A DNA stretch of 64,000 bases from Haliotis cracherodii. Taxonomy: Eukaryota. The DNA lies in the NCBI RefSeq assembly GCF_022045235.1, contig NW_027266264.1:67394001-67458000 (forward strand). The letters are read 5' to 3'. Every line of letters begins with the position of its first letter. Positions within the stretch are counted from its first letter, which is position 1. Below, piece after piece: positions 62,724 through 64,000 of this stretch. The notes under the pieces were generated by a model. That model had not been told where the DNA came from. It saw only the letters and a list, made by a program, of their open reading frames with translations, and searched no databases. The translations under genes were made by a program, and so were the position numbers.

Positions 62724-64000
62724 ATGGAGGTAATGTATAGTTAAGTTTATAACATCATCTAATGAATATTAATTATCTGAATGCAAAAAATAACAATTGG
62801 AACGGACAATTTTCAATCAAACCGTAGCATGTCAGTTAGACTAACATATAATCCCTGAAATAAATATACGCGACAAAAATATTATAATAAAAAGGAGAAA
62901 GAAGTTCATTGCACGCGTTTATGAATCGTTGTCAAATATAGTGATGATACCAGGTCATTGCGAAAGGGTAAGCGTATCGTTATTTCCTGTACTGTTTCTC
63001 TGTTCCAGACACGGCTGCTTGCATATTGCTGGATTGTCGTCATTGCAACATTCAGAGCAGGATCTGGTACGTCTGCATTTTATCGTATCCAGGTCACTTG
63101 TTTATGACTTCTACCCACCCTGATGTACACATATATAGCAATTAATTAGAATCATTGATACCGCATAAGTTAAAACTTAATCAAGGGCCATAATTTGACA
63201 TTGACGGCGGCGTTATTGTAAACGAGAGAATGTTCCACAAAAATGTAACCCAGGACACCTCTGGTGATATAGTTGATACAGATGATATTTCTTTGTAACA
63301 GTACATGTGTACAACACACAAGTACCTTCTTATATATTGCCTTTGGCTAGAATCTTGTGTGGACACATTGGGGGATTTCTGCAAGGGAGCGGATTGTTCA
63401 CAACACGGAATTGATGTCACCTGTGCGAAGACGTGTGCCACTTGCCGAGAAGAAGGTTTGTCATAGAACTATGATTCCTTTATCTGTTTCTCGTTCCTTA
63501 AGTTAACCTTAACTTTGGTTAACATGCACAACTTAACCAAATGTTATGTATACAGGGTACACAGTTCGGATAAGATCTTGATTGCTGTTGTTGTTTCTTA
63601 TTTCTATATATGTTAACTTCTAAACACAATATATTGATGATATTCGTTGATATACAATATCTGCACAAAACAGAGTTTAATAAGTATTCAATGCAAATTA
63701 CATTACCTATGCAGATTGTGCAAAAGGTTACTACAGGACAGCTGAGAGAATCTGTGAATCCTGTGCCACACCGCCGCTATCACATCGTACTGACTCATAC
63801 AACAGTTCCTGTCTGGAAGAGTGTCCCGATGGCAAGTGGGGACTTGACTGTAATACAAACTGCGGCATTGGCTGTACGTCTGCTTGTCGCAGGTGGACTG
63901 GTTCATGCCATGGTGGATGTAAACGCTGCTACTTGGGTGCTACATGTAATCAAATACATGTCATGTGTATCTGTGACCAAACCGCCGGGAAATGTATGTG
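62724..64000 (+). CDS. Secretory-pathway protein: signal peptide + ShKT domain + EGF-like repeats (5' part; continues off the right edge)
   Basis: Exons: 62724-62729 (ATG GAG|GT), 63009-63066 (TRLLAYCWIVVIATFRAGS), 63351-63455 (CVDTLGDFCKGADCSQHGIDVTCAKTCATC, ShKT pattern), 63715->64000 (open frame of EGF-like repeats). Phases are consistent. Confidence 0.8.

Overview
Eukaryotic, intron-rich, AT-rich animal DNA. The gene content and SINE families suggest a gastropod mollusc such as abalone (inference). Almost all six-frame ORFs are spurious; I rebuilt genes by hand from GT-AG exons with consistent phase. Left to right: (1) the 5' part of a secreted CBM4/22 + GH10 xylanase-like gene (minus strand, running off the left edge). 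(2) A complete 18-exon paralogue (~850 aa): signal peptide, CBM4/22, GH10, then three Cys-rich modules that closely follow the PCSK9 C-terminal (resistin-like) pattern. (3) A MEGF10/SCARF-like EGF-repeat type I membrane receptor with a tyrosine-motif tail. (4) A membrane-anchored, single-domain classical tyrosine phosphatase with almost no ectodomain. (5) An intronless Ras-family protein with degenerate G1/G3 motifs and no CAAX. (6) Two decayed EGF-repeat pseudogene segments and the start of an intact ShKT + EGF-repeat gene (plus strand, running off the right edge). Introns and intergenic DNA contain four SINE families, Tc1/mariner copies, MITEs, Penelope-like fragments, microsatellites and one assembly gap. 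The two most notable signals are the GH10-PCSK9-like fusion with a remodelled -2 subsite and the adjacent 'split' EGF-receptor/phosphatase pair.
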